A stretch of 64,000 nucleotides of DNA, taken from Rhynchobatus australiae. Its lineage: Eukaryota. The notes under the pieces were generated by a model. It saw only the letters and a program-made list of their open reading frames with translations, was not told the DNA's origin and did no database searches. Position numbers and translations under genes: made by a program. The stretch is taken from NCBI GenBank assembly GCA_034780895.1, contig JAUZTB010000082.1, positions 11,664,561 through 11,728,560 of the forward strand. Reading direction: 5' to 3'. Every line of letters begins with the position of its first letter. Position 1 is the first letter of the stretch. Of this stretch, positions 15,010 through 27,200 are shown piece by piece.

Positions 15010-15060
15010 AATAAAAAAAAGACTTGCAGATCTTAAGGTCTTGTGTTGTACTTGTGGAGG
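15010..15060 (+). terminator. Candidate distal SUPT5H polyadenylation signal
   Basis: AATAAA at 15010-15015 followed about 25 nt later by GU-rich tcttgtgttgtacttgtgg; tgta motifs upstream. Other AATAAA hexamers at about 13546 and 14821. Confidence 0.55.
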
Positions 15061-16299
15061 GGGCTGTGTTTTAAGACTTTACAGTATTGTTTGTTCTTGT
15101 TGGGGTGTCATTCTCCGTGGTGATAGCCTCCTGATGGTGTGATTATTGAAACATAAGTGCTTTTTATTCCATCCATAGGATCAGAATTTAAACCTGGAGG
15201 AGGAGCAAATGCATCCCCTTGTTGAGCTGCCTCACCACTCAGAAGAGTCAAAGCATTGCTCTCCCCTTTCCCATGTTTCTTGATTCCTTTGAGACCCATA
15301 AACTTGCTTCCCTGCCTTGCACGTACTCATCATCAGACCACTGCAGCCCTCCAAAGGTAGAAAATTCAGAAGATTCCCAACCCTTAAGATTGGAGAAATT
15401 TCCCTTCCCTCAGCCCTAATCCAGAGACTTGTCCTTCCTTTTCCGACACTCATCCAAGCAGTTTCTAACTCATGGAAAGCAATTAAAAATGTAAATACTC
15501 GTGGGCAATTACAAGTGAGGTTAACTAATTGGAAATGCTGAGAAATAAATTGGCTCTAGCCTCCAGCTTGACACCATGCTGGTTGGGTGATGCTTTCACT
15601 TAATTGATCCTTGGGGGAGACGAAGGTGGGGATTCTAACACAGTGTGGATGTCCACATAAGAGTTGCTGTTCATCTGGTTTCCAATTTCAGTTCAGTTTG
15701 GTTTATTTTTGTTATTGACTTTTTAAAAATAAAATTCTTCAAAATCGATGGAAATTTGGAGCAAGAAAGATGTACTGTCTAGAAATTCAGGAATGAGTGT
15801 TTTTGCTGTAGAAAAATGGTTGAGATGCTGAGATCATGGCCTCCAATAAGTGCAGAATAACTTTTCTGTTTTACCACTGCTGAGTGGAACCTAAGCTTTC
15901 TGTCTTCCTGATCATTGGTAGTACGTAACCCAGGAGAAGAAGAGGGTGAAACATTTGAGGGTAGTATTTTCAGTGATTCTTAGTAAGATTCCTGTTATAA
16001 AGGTGGTGGCATGTCCATGTACCTTACCAACAACACAACCACGTCAAATGAAGGGAGATAATTAACCATACATGGTCAGAGTGGTAAGGTTAAAGCAATC
16101 TTGAAGGGAAAATTTAAGGAAGGAATTCTGATGTTTGGACCTATGTGGCTTTAGGTTCAGCTTCCAGTACTGGGCAAAGGGATGTGTGATACAAGAGCTC
16201 AGGACTTAAGTAATGTAGCGTTCATAAACGAACTCAACTTCTCCTATGAATGATGATTATAGACCAGGAGAATGAGGCAAGAGGGAGGTGCAGGGAAAG

Positions 16300-16600
16300 G
16301 ACAGTATTCAAGCCTTGCTGTGATAGACGGGCTTTTTTTTCCCTGCTTCCACCTATCACCCATCTGTTTCCCCATTCATCCCCTCCTGGCTTCATCTCTC
16401 CATCATCCTTCACCCATCCTCAGTCCACCCATCAGCTACTGACCTTTGTCTCAGCCCTCTCCCTTTACTTTTTATGAATTGTAATCTTCCCTCTCCATTC
16501 ACAGCCCTGATGCAGTGTCTCGACCCAAAAGGTCAGCAATTCCTTCCCCCACACATTCTGCTCAACCCGCTCAGTTCCTCCAGTTGTATTTTTGCACCAT
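16300..16600 (+). mobile_element. Penelope-like element terminal-repeat fragment
   Basis: Pyrimidine-rich body ending ctgatgcagtgtctcgacccaaaaggtc...ctgctcaacccgctcagttcctccag. Same family at about 4700-4830, 13930-14120, 18630-19180, 24880-25030, 54807-55190 and 60300-60530. Confidence 0.6.
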
Positions 16601-17209
16601 TCCCAATGGTCCTCCTCCCTTTCAATGGACATAGAACAAGGATTCCCAAGCAGTCAGTGTGAACATTCACTGAGAGCTTCCTTGAATCCTCTGTCTACTT
16701 GGTAATGTCTTCCTATGACAGCCCGATGGACTGCTCAGGAGTCAGGTGTTGTGAATGATTTGGCCTGTCCAATGTCGGTGCTGAGTGATGCTCAGCAAAA
16801 ACAAGTATACACAATGCAAAATGATAAAGACCATAGAAGCAGTAAGTAAAATGTCGCATCTCCTAGAATTGTGAGGTCAGCCTGGAGAAATGCAAGATCT
16901 TTGGGCTTGGAGGTGTGAACTGTGCAAACTTACTACAGCTTTACACCTTGGATGTGACTATAACCACAAATATTCCTTAAATTCAAGGTCAGTGTGCCAC
17001 AGCAAGACTTGAATACAGTCCTTTCCCCATGTCCTCTGAAATCTTCCTATTTACTGAATTCTCTTTGAAAATCTGCTACATATTTTGGTTCTTCCATTGT
17101 GCTTGGCCTCTTTAGGAATAAAAACTAACTTTACTCAATATCTAGTTCACAGATAAGTGGAAAGATTTTCTTTTAATATATGATCTCAGTAAGAGTAAAT
17201 ATTTTTTCA

Positions 17210-18041
17210 GCGGCATAACCTCGTTGTAAGTGAAAGTTGTTTACGTTTTTAATAGCGTTCATGAATTTTCAGGCTCGATATTTTGAGTCGAGCTTCGCTC
17301 TTTGGGTTCACATTCCGTTTGTCCCTCCTCACTTGCTGTCCTGACCTTTGGTAGGATCGCGTCGAAATCAACNNNNNNNNNNNNNNNNNNNNNNNNNNNN
17401 NNNNNNNNNNNNNNNNNNNNNNNNNNNNNNNNNNNNNNNNNNNNNNNNNNNNNNNNNNNNNNNNNNNNNNNNAGGATCGCGTCGAAATCAACCTAACCTG
17501 TTGGCTCTCAGTCTGCTCCTATTTTTGCCCTGATTGGAGGCGCAGTACCAGCGGCTGTTAGTATCCCTGCGTTCCATTGGCGGAGTGCGACGTCAATAAA
17601 AAGCGAATGGCGGTTAGATTGACGAAGGGTGGGAGGTGGGCGGGACCGTTGTTCATGATGGCGGCATCACTCAGCTGCATGTGTCGCCGGTCGGTGCGGC
17701 ATCTCTGCGGGAAAATCCTGCGGGACCGGCCCGGCACCGCCCGCAAAAAATCCGCGCTGCAAAATTATGAGGTAAAGGCCCACTCGAGGCCGGCGTGTCG
17801 GCCGCTGTCGACGGAGAAAGGCGTCGGGCCGGGGACCGGCGGTCTGGCTCAGGCCATCCTGCAGGAGAAGCTGCAGCAGCAGCGGGAGCGGGGCCAGGAG
17901 GAGGCGGGCGGCGGCAAGCCGGGGGCCGACAGCAGCGGCGATGCCGGCACCGAGCAGGAGCAGAAACAGAAGCAAAACGCGGCCTACGCCAAGAAAATGG
18001 TGCTGAGGCTGGCGGGGCTGCTGGGCGCCGGCAGCGCCCTC
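17210..18041 (+). promoter_or_regulatory. CpG island / TIMM50 promoter and first exon
   Basis: Sharp rise in GC and CpG in an otherwise CpG-poor background. Reverse CCAAT boxes (ATTGG at 17533 and 17576), CRE-like GACGTCA at 17589, GC box GGGCGGG at 17638, YY1-like ATGGCGG at 17607 and 17658. Confidence 0.8.
17655..18041 (+). CDS. TIMM50: TIMM50 first coding exon (mitochondrial import translocase subunit Tim50); 3' end lost in N gap
   Basis: Arg-rich presequence-like N-terminus MMAASLSCMCRRSVRHLCGK..., then GGLAQAILQEKLQQQ and KQNAAYAKKMVLRLAGLLGAG, closely matching fish Tim50 as recalled. It follows SUPT5H as in human. Confidence 0.92.
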
Positions 18042-18688
18042 NNNNNNNNNNNNNNNNNNNNNNNNNNNNNNNNNNNNNNNNNNNNNNNNNNNNNNNNNNN
18101 NNNNNNNNNNNNNNNNNNNNNNNNNNNNNNNNNNNNNNNNNNNNNNNNNNNNNNNNNNNNNNNNNNNNNNNNNNNNNNNNNNNNNNNNNNNNNNNNNNNN
18201 NNNNNNNNNNNNNNNNNNNNNNNNNNNNNNNNNNNNNNNNNNNNNNNNNNNNNNNNNNNNNNNNNNNNNNNNNNNNNNNNNNNNNNNNNNNNNNNNNNNN
18301 NNNNNNNNNNNNNNNNNNNNNNNNNNNNNNNNNNNNNNNNNNNNNNNNNNNNNNNNNNNNNNNNNNNNNNNNNNNNNNNNNNNNNNNNNNNNNNNNNNNN
18401 NNNNNNNNNNNNNNNNNNNNNNNNNNNNNNNNNNNNNNNNNNNNNNNNNNNNNNNNNNNNNNNNNNNNNNNNNNNNNNNNNNNNNNNNNNNNNNNNNNNN
18501 NNNNNNNTAGAAGCTGTCCTTAAGTCTGGTGGTACGTGCCCTCAGGCTCCTGTATCTTCTGCCTGATGGAAGAGGAGAGAAGAGGGAATGACCGGGGTGG
18601 GTGGGGTCTTTGATTAAATAAATGAAAGTGCTGGGAATCTTCAGGTCAGGCAGAATTTGGGTTGATGACATTTCATCAACACGTTGAC

Positions 18689-18752
18689 TTTGAAGATTTG
18701 TATTCATCTTGAAGATTTATATCCATCTTTGAAGATTTACATTCATCTTGAG
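18689..18752. repeat. Short tandem repeat, about 19-20 bp x3
   Basis: ttgaagatttgtattcatc / ttgaagatttatatccatct / ttgaagatttacattcatc / ttgag. Confidence 0.85.
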
Positions 18753-19379
18753 CAACACCTGAAGCTCAAGAGACTTCAGATGCTGGAATCTGAAGCAACA
18801 CAGAAGATGCTGGAGGAAGTCAGAGTGTCAGGCAACTTCTGTGGAGTGAAACAGACAGGCAACATTTTGGGTTGAGACCCTTCATTTGGACCCTTCATTT
18901 ATTCATTCAGTCCATATTGAAGGGTCTCCACCCAAAACATTGACCGTCCATTTCCCTCCATGGATGTCACCTGACCTGCTGAGTTCCTCCAGCATCTTGT
19001 GTGAAGCTCCTAAATATGTCATATGATGGTGCTGACAGCCATAAATAGTGTGTCGCAACAAATAATCTGCAGAGGGAACTCAGCGGGTCGAGCAGCATCT
19101 GTTCGATCTGCTGAGTTGACCCTCCAGCAGATTGTTTGTTGCTCCGGATTCCAGAATCTGCTCTCTCTTGTGTCTCCATAAATAGTATGTCACTGAACAC
19201 CTATTACCTGCAGTGACTTTGCTGTACAGCTGCTGACCTTGTTTTCAAAGTCACTTAGCTTCTAAAGGATAATTTGACACCACCCCCCCCCCAATAAAAA
19301 GGGCAGCAACAGCAGAGGGATGAAAATCATATCACCTCTAAGTTCCCATCCAAATCACATACCAACTTTGTCTTTTTTC

Positions 19380-20980
19380 TTCATGGTGATGATTTCTGTA
19401 TGGCTGACAGCAGGGTGACCTACTTGTAGTAACTGCAGCTGGACCTATCTCCTTTCTTGAAGGTAGTCCTGATTTTGGCATCTTAGAAGTCCCTGGTATG
19501 TCCTCCTCTTCCCAGGTGTGGGAAATACGACTAGATTGTAATGAAGCTCCTCATCCGCAAGCTTTGGGATTTCAGCAGGGATACTGCCTGCTCCCAATGC
19601 CTTGATATTTTTGAATAGGGATATGCCCTTATTGATGACGTTGATCAGGGATGGCAGCAAGGCTGGCCTGTACTGACTGTTGTGAGGTGGAATCAAAGGT
19701 AGAGTTATGGTTGAAGAGGTCTTCAAAGTGTCCCTTCCTGTAGGTGTTGAGTGGCTTTCTCTAACCCTGATAAATTCACTGCAGTTCTTTGTTTTCAGTG
19801 AGGTAGGGCTTGGGTATTTAGCCCTTGAATAGTTTTTACATTGCTGAAGAACTTGTGCATGTCATAGCCGTCAGTGAATTTCTGAGCCTCCATCGCTCCA
19901 TCCACTGTTGTTTAATTCATGGGTTTTCTTCTGGACAATTGCCTTCAGGCATCTGTAAAGCTGTTTCTCTTCCAATGAGTAAAGGTGGAGTTTGTAATCC
20001 ATGATTGCCTTATATTTGCAGTTTGATCTTCTTGTCATTTTCATCAAACCGGTCCTGGTTCTTTGTGGAGAAGCCGTGAGTTTCTCCACAGGTGCTAATT
20101 GTGGCAGGCTTCAGGCCAATCTGTATGCTGTGAAGGCTGTGTGGCTCCTGGAGTGGGCAGGTTGGCTGTGAAGCGTTGTTTGAGAAGAGCTGTCTTTGTG
20201 GAATCCTTGAGATCTCTGACATGTTTCAGTTGACATTGATATTTTGGGGCCAGGTTGATGGAGATAACAATGAGTTAGGTGATGGTCATTCCAGCAAATT
20301 GAGGAAAAGAATTCTTGACTATCAACACCTTGGATTTGACACAAAACTGATGGTCTACTGGGCAGCAGTGGTCCCTGCTCTCTGACGTGCTTCTGGGACC
20401 TGGACTCCCTTCAGCAGACAAACAGAACGAGACAGTGGAAAAATACCATCAATGTTTTCTCTGCAAAATCTCCCAAATGCGCTGGAAGGACAAGCAAACC
20501 TCTGTCTGTATCCCTTCTCAGTCCAACGTCCCCAACTTTGAGGCACTAGTTATTCTCAGTCAGCTACGTTGGCCTGACCACATCGATTGCATGTCTGACA
20601 CTAAGCTCCTGAAACGGACACTCAGAACACCTCTTAGAACAGTGGAGAAAGGAAAAAGCACAGGAATGTACTCAAAATCTTCATTGAAGTTGTACCACAT
20701 TCCCTCTGATCCCTGGGAATCCCCAGCCAATGACCAGTCAAAGTTGAAAAGTTGCACTTGAGATGGTATACAGAACTTAGCCGTGCATCAAGTGTACACA
20801 GAAGGCCTGCATTACTGGTGGAAGAAGCACACTACCTCACAAACTTCCCATCTACCTGTCCCATCTTTGGAAAAGTCTGAGATTCTCAAATTGGCCTCAT
20901 CAACCACCTCAGACTTCACAAAACCAGAGTGGAAACAAGTCAGCCTCAATCCTGAGGGACTACCTAAGAAGAAGAAGAGA
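19380..20980. mobile_element. RTE-clade LINE with 5' portion inverted relative to 3' portion
   Basis: About 19380-20230 encodes the EN-RT linker on the minus strand (FKNIKALGAGSIPAEI; TFKKGDRS...VTLLS). About 20250-20980 encodes the RT C-terminus on plus (DTKLMVYWAAVVPAL; EKYHQCFLCKI; QLRWPDHI) and ends in an (aag)n tail. Confidence 0.75.
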
Positions 20981-21299
20981 ACCAAATAACCCACCAATTA
21001 GCACATCTTTTGGAAGCAGAGATCCTGAGGGAAACCAACATGGCCACAGAAAGAATGTGCAAGCTCCACCCAGAAATGAGTCTAGGTTGTTGGGGCTGTG
21101 TGACAGCAACACTGCCTATTGTGCTGCCTTGCCACTATGCTATCTTTAAATGTTAGCAGGAGTGTAGTGGGTGATAGGAAATGGAGCTTCTTCACCAACG
21201 AGCCTGATGTCACCTTGGCTTTGTAATATCAAACTGACTGTGGCAAAAGTTTGTGCCATTCCAGTGGATTGTGGGCATTATTTTGGCTGACATTTCCAG

Positions 21300-22510
21300 T
21301 TAACATAAGAAAAATAAGTAGGAGTTGGCCATTTAGCCCCTCAAGCTATGGCAGATCTTTTACATTATTGCCATCTTCCTGCACTTAACCTTAATCTTTA
21401 ATTTCTTTAATACACTAAATCTATTGATCTCTATTTTGAGAGCCTTCAGAGTCCTCTTGGGTCCAGAATTCCAGAGATTTACTACTCCTGAGTAAACAAA
21501 TTTTTTCTTGTCTCTGCCTGAATGGATAACCTTTATTTTAAAACTGGTACTAAAGATCCAATTAGGGAAATCAGCTTTCCTGCATCTCTTCTGTCAAGCG
21601 TCATAAGCATTTTGTAGGTTTAAATGAGATTGCCTTTCATTCTTTAGAAAGTACAGGCCCAGTCTGCTTAATTTTTCTTCTCAGGACAAACCCCATCAAA
21701 GGAATCAATCTGGTGAACCTTCTTTCCATAGGTAGGGAGACCAAGCCTGTATATACTATGTCAACTGCATTGTCACGATGGCCTATGCAATTTTCTACTC
21801 TACTCTTGTACCCATTCTCTCACAATAAAAGCTTTCCTAATTGCCTGCATTACCTGCTTGTTTGCATTAAGTGATCTGTGCACAAGGATACCCAACTCGC
21901 TGTCAACACCATCAGCTTGCCTTTTAACAAAAATAGTCTGCTTTTCTGTTTGTTCTACATAATATTCCATTGGTATATTATCCCTAATATTGTGAACATT
22001 AATTCTGTGTTGTCTTAGCAAGACTGCATCATTTTCCATCCCAAGTGGCCAAGAGATGCTAGTGGATTTTCTTGAGTAGTAGCTTGGAGGTTAAGTTACT
22101 GGATAAACAGCCAGAATATTGAAGTTAACATGTTGGTTCAGCAACAATTCAGGCAAGTGATATGTTGGCTTTTATTGAGAGAGGATTTGAGAACAAGGGT
22201 AGAAATGTATTGCTCCAATTATGTAGGACCCTGGTGAGACTGCATCTGGAATATTGTGCACAGGTCTGGTCACCCTACCTAAGGGACGATGTACTTGCAG
22301 TTCGAGGGAGTGCAGCAAAGATTGACCAATCTGATTCCAGATGATGATGTTTGTCATATGAGGAGCAATTAAGCAGACATGCCTTATGCATACTAGGGGG
22401 TTCAGAGGAATGAGAAATGATTTCATTGAAAAGTACAACATTTTGAATATGCATGAAAGATAGATACACAGTTGATGTTTCCATTAGCTGAGTTATCTTA
22501 AACCAGGAAT
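21300..22510. mobile_element. Cluster of CR1-type LINE fragments
   Basis: Minus-strand 3' fragment at about 21300-21910; plus-strand MLAFIERGFENKGRNVLLQLCRTLVRLHLEYCAQVWSPYL at 22162-22344. Confidence 0.75.
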
Positions 22511-23819
22511 TAAATAAATCTAGAATTTAAAAAGAAATCAGGTTACAGTGATAAAGTCCAGTGCTTTCAGGGTTATTGTAATAATCAATCTGGTTTAGTG
22601 ATATCCTTCAAGGAAGGATATCCTTTCCTTGTCTGGCCTATTTGTGACTTCACACCCATCATTGTCTCTTAACTATCTTCTCAGTTTGAGGCAATTAGGG
22701 ATGCACAATGAATGCCAGCATTGTCAGGGGCATCCATGTCCCAACAATGAATAGGAAATATAAATATGGTGCTTTGATCAATCGCATTGTCTGGAATTGG
22801 GAGTCAGACTGGGTGGCGAGTTCCCTGACAGATCGTATTTGGACTAGTCAGACTTTTACAACGTCTTGTAGCTTTGGTCATTTTTCTACATCTGACCACT
22901 AATATAGAGGCTTGTTAATTTAGTTTCTCGCATGGGAATTGAAAATGGGATCTTTGGATTAGTGAGATGAGTACTAAAGAGTGCTGGAGGAGTTTGGCCT
23001 TTTTATTTCTTTTTTGAGGAAGACTGAAAGAAAAGACTGGTGAAGGTGTAGAACTTGGTTTAAAGTAATTGAATGATAAAAATGCTCAGTTCAGAGTGCT
23101 TAATGGTCTTGACTTCCTGACCTAGGTGGTCAGTATCTGGAGTTGGAAGGCTTGCTGACTGCCACAGGTAGGGTGCAAGCTAAAAGGACTGCAAAACAAG
23201 GCCTGAAGGACTGGCCAAACAGGAAAATGTGGTTATTCATTTGGCATCAAAACTGGCTCATTCCAATGAAAGGTAGAGCTGAAAAGTTAGCCCTCTCACC
23301 GTAGATACTGCCTGACCCCTAAGTGTTCTGGCCTTTTCTATTTTTTTATACAAGTTTATAAAACTGAGGTCTTGACATGGGCTAGAGTAAACTCCTGTTT
23401 GTCTGCAATTTTTAGCACAAGTTGCAGCATTGACACCAGCCTGTAAATCCAGTCATGTAGACGTGCACTGAAATCTAAGGAAATTAATGTTGTCTGTGGT
23501 TGTTTTGTCTTCAGTCCAACCTTTCTATATGTTCTTCTTTGAATATTCTTCTCTTGTTGATATTTCCAAATCTTTTTGAGTACACTGTGTTGCTGTAGGA
23601 TTTTGGGAGAGGATCCAAGACATATTTAACAGTCAATGGCAGCAATTTCATGAGAAAGTTTCATCAACCAAATTTCACACAGTCTCATTCTGTTTCTGTC
23701 TCTATCTCTCTGCTCTGGCCATTTTTGCCATTTGTAATTGAGACTGGACAACCCTTCATTGGTTCCATTCAGCAGCTCTGTGCCTAGTTTCTCCCATTCT
23801 TTCCATCAGAGGGTAGTTA

Positions 23820-24270
23820 CAAATGAACATACAGATTAGGAGCAGGAGACCTCCTTGTCCCTTTGAACATGCTCTGCAATTAAAAAGATCATGGCTGATG
23901 TGATCTAAACCTCATCTCTGCATTGCTGTCCATCTGTGGCAATGTTTCAACCCTTTACATATCAAGAATGTTTCTACCTCTGGCTTAAAAATATTCAAAA
24001 TCTCTGCTCTCATCACCCTTTGAGGAAATGAGTTCCAAAGATCTCTCTGAGGAAAAAAATAATCATCTTGATTCTTAAATGAGCAATGCTTCAATTTTAA
24101 ACAATAACCCCTAGCTCTAGATTCTCCCTGAGGAGTAAATATTTTCTCCAGCATCATCTTGTCAACATTAGACCCCCCAATGAAGTCCTTTTTCACTCTT
24201 CTGAACTCCATATAAATACAAGCCCATTCTGTCTAACCTTTCTTCTTAAGACAACCCACTCACTCCAGGT
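23820..24270 (-). mobile_element. CR1-type LINE 3' fragment
   Basis: Minus ORF 23912-24211: EFRRVKKDFI...GESRARGYCLKL...LWNSFPQRVMRAEILNIFK. Confidence 0.75.
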
Positions 24271-27200
24271 GAGAGGCAATGGTGTTCTGGGAGATGTTTG
24301 TAAAGTGGGTGATAGTTATCTTCAATAACCACCAGCTTCTTCCCACCTGATGGGGGATTGGGACATTCAGGCAGGGAACACAGGCAATTTTAGGCAGCCT
24401 GCCATGATTCAGCATGTGTCACTGAGGGTGTTGTCAATGTGTTTACTGAGACTTGGGTGTCCCCATGTGCAGAAAGCATATTCGACGACAGCGAAATGCA
24501 CCGTACTGCAGTTTGAATTTGCAGGTTCTTGTGTGTTGACTTTAGCTGTGATAAGTATTGTCAATGAATAAATTGTAGTCAGAGCAATTAAATATTATTT
24601 ATAATGATAAAGATTATTAATTTAAATAAATACTGCATTTTCATTCAATGGTTTTATTCTCACGAGTCAGGATTCAAGTCTATCACTTGAATAGACTTTA
24701 GTATAGTTTCCAGACTGATGTATCAATGCTTTACTGTGGTTGCTACATTTACAGGCATCCCTTTTGGTTTGAATAGGACCTTAAACTAATTTTCTTTCTA
24801 ACTGTTTTGGATAAGTAAAAATCCCATGGAACTATTGGGAAGTTTAGAGTTCTCCTATTCTTGAGTGACAAAATGAAGACTGAGGTGCAATAAACTGAAA
24901 AACCAAAGCTAAAACAATAAATGCTGGAATTACTCAGCACATCAGACAGCTTCTTTGGAAAAAGAAATAGAGTTAACATTTCGGGTCATCAGCACTCTAG
25001 AAATGCCTAACCACCTGAGTATTTGCAAGATCTATAGTGCCTTGTTGACTAGTGGTGTTATCTAAATAATTGGCTAGTTATCAAAAGAATTAACTCGGAT
25101 ATCAAGAGAACAGAGAGGAAACATATAAAACGTAAGTTTGTTCTTACTCCTGTTTCTAGCACAGGAGGACCCCCCCCCCAGGGAAGAACCAAGCTTCCCT
25201 GGTTGCAACCCTCTGGTTGCAGAACAAATTCTGAGGATTGTGATCCTTTCTGCTGTTTTATCTTGAGTGACCAAGTAACTTACAGCATCTGCACCTATGC
25301 CAGTGTTCCAGAAACCCCAAATTGAGGTCCTGAAGCTGTCCTCTAGGAATTCTTGTAGCATAGTACAGAGTGTACATCCTCTGAGGAAGATTCCAAGTTC
25401 ATAGAGCAGCCTAATCAGCTAAATTTAGTCTAGTACAAGTGCTGTTAACCACTCTTGGGAGCAGCCAGCATTTTGGGAGATTAAACTTGCTTCATGCTTT
25501 TTATGACAAAATTCTGACTTTGTCCAGATTGCTGCAAAGTCTTCCATCATTTGATTGGAATCATTAATGCTGCTGTTAAACATTATGGTATACATAATTA
25601 CTGCAAATGTACAGCGCCGCTTTAAAGTAAAACTCAAAGATTTTAGTTAAAAGAATAACTTGCACTGAGGCTGATGAGGTGAATTTGATATGTATTGCCA
25701 GTAGTAAATTTACTTAATGGTGCTTTCAACAGGCTGGTGGCTTTTTGATAGGCAAACCCACTTGTCTGCTTCTATCAATCTCAACTTGATCTGATTCTTC
25801 CCTAAACTCCCTTGAGCGTAGTATCAGTCAAGGCCATTGAAGTGGACAATGTCCAATTAATTTGCTTCACAGCAAAAAAAAATGCTTGTATTTGCCACCC
25901 AATAAACCAGATTTGTGGACTTTGCTTTTCACTTTTGCATCACCTATAGCCCTTTTCATGTGAGGTCTTCAGATAGGATTTTCACTGAATAATTTAAATA
26001 GTTACAGTGGAATTTTTGTCTCAATTTTGTCTACATTAGATGTTTTATTTGTTTAACCTGTACTCAGTATGAAACTAGATTAGCTTGCCTGGTGAATCCT
26101 GGCATGTTTCCTGTAAGGTGATTGGTAGTTATGCAAGGAATGGAGCAGGAGGTGCTTTCCATGGACTATTGGTTTACATAGGTGGCTGTTTTTCAATATT
26201 AAGTTAGAAGAGAATACTAACAACAATGCGTATTATATGTTTTCAACTGTAAATGGATTGAGGAAGGGGGAGAGCCAGAAAGTATGACGGAGAAGGAAGC
26301 AGAGAAGACCTTCGGGGTGGAATGTGATGTTGTGTAAAACCTAAGAGAAGGATCCTGCTTGACCTGACCTGCACTTCACATTTGTGATCCCTGCAACTAA
26401 CTTTTGAAGCCTCCTGCATCTAATCAGACTCCTGGCNNNNNNNNNNNNNNNNNNNNNNNNNNNNNNNNNNNNNNNNNNNNNNNNNNNNNNNNNNNNNNNN
26501 NNNNNNNNNNNNNNNNNNNNNNNNNNNNNNNNNNNNGGTGTACAGACTGCTCCCTCCAGCATTCTGTCCCCTTTCCCTTCTCCATCCAAACTGATCTTCA
26601 GAGCAGAACATCTACCCAGGAATATTTACTTTCTAGCCTTGGTCACCTTGCAATCACCTTTCTGAACAAACTCATTAACCTTCTTGCAGTTAATGCATTC
26701 ATCTTATCATAAATGCTTTGCGCATTCATATAAACAGCGTTTAACTTTGACATTACCTTTTGGCCCACTTTGCTACTGTACCGTTAATGCTCTTCATCTT
26801 CCCATCACTCTCCTTATCACTACCCAAATCGCTACACTGCGATCTTCCTTTACCTAAATTTCTAAATCCTTTTCCTTCCCCAGCATTCAATATTGAGTTT
26901 ATTGCAGCAATAGTTAAAATATTAAAGTAGTGAATCAGAATCAGATTTATTATTACTGACATGTGATGTGAAATTTGTTGTTTTGTGGCAGCAGTACAAT
27001 GCAAAGACATACGACAGTGCAAAGGTGACTAATAGTTCCAGAAAGGTGTGTAATGTCTATTCTGCTGAAGGTGAATACAATCATATATTAGAATAAAGTA
27101 TTCAAGGTGCACTAAAAAATTCAAAGGCCATTTCCATAATTTTACAAACAAGAGTGACAGCAATTTATCTGGAAGGAGAAAGGGAATAAAACAATGGAGC

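Noticed and set aside
17353-17492. Direct repeat aggatcgcgtcgaaatcaac in the TIMM50 promoter
   Set aside because: It sits on both edges of a 100-N gap, so it is probably a scaffolding overlap artefact.
17667-18707. 346-aa minus-strand ORF
   Set aside because: Antisense shadow of the GC-rich TIMM50 exon joined across Ns to a Rex1-like LINE fragment.
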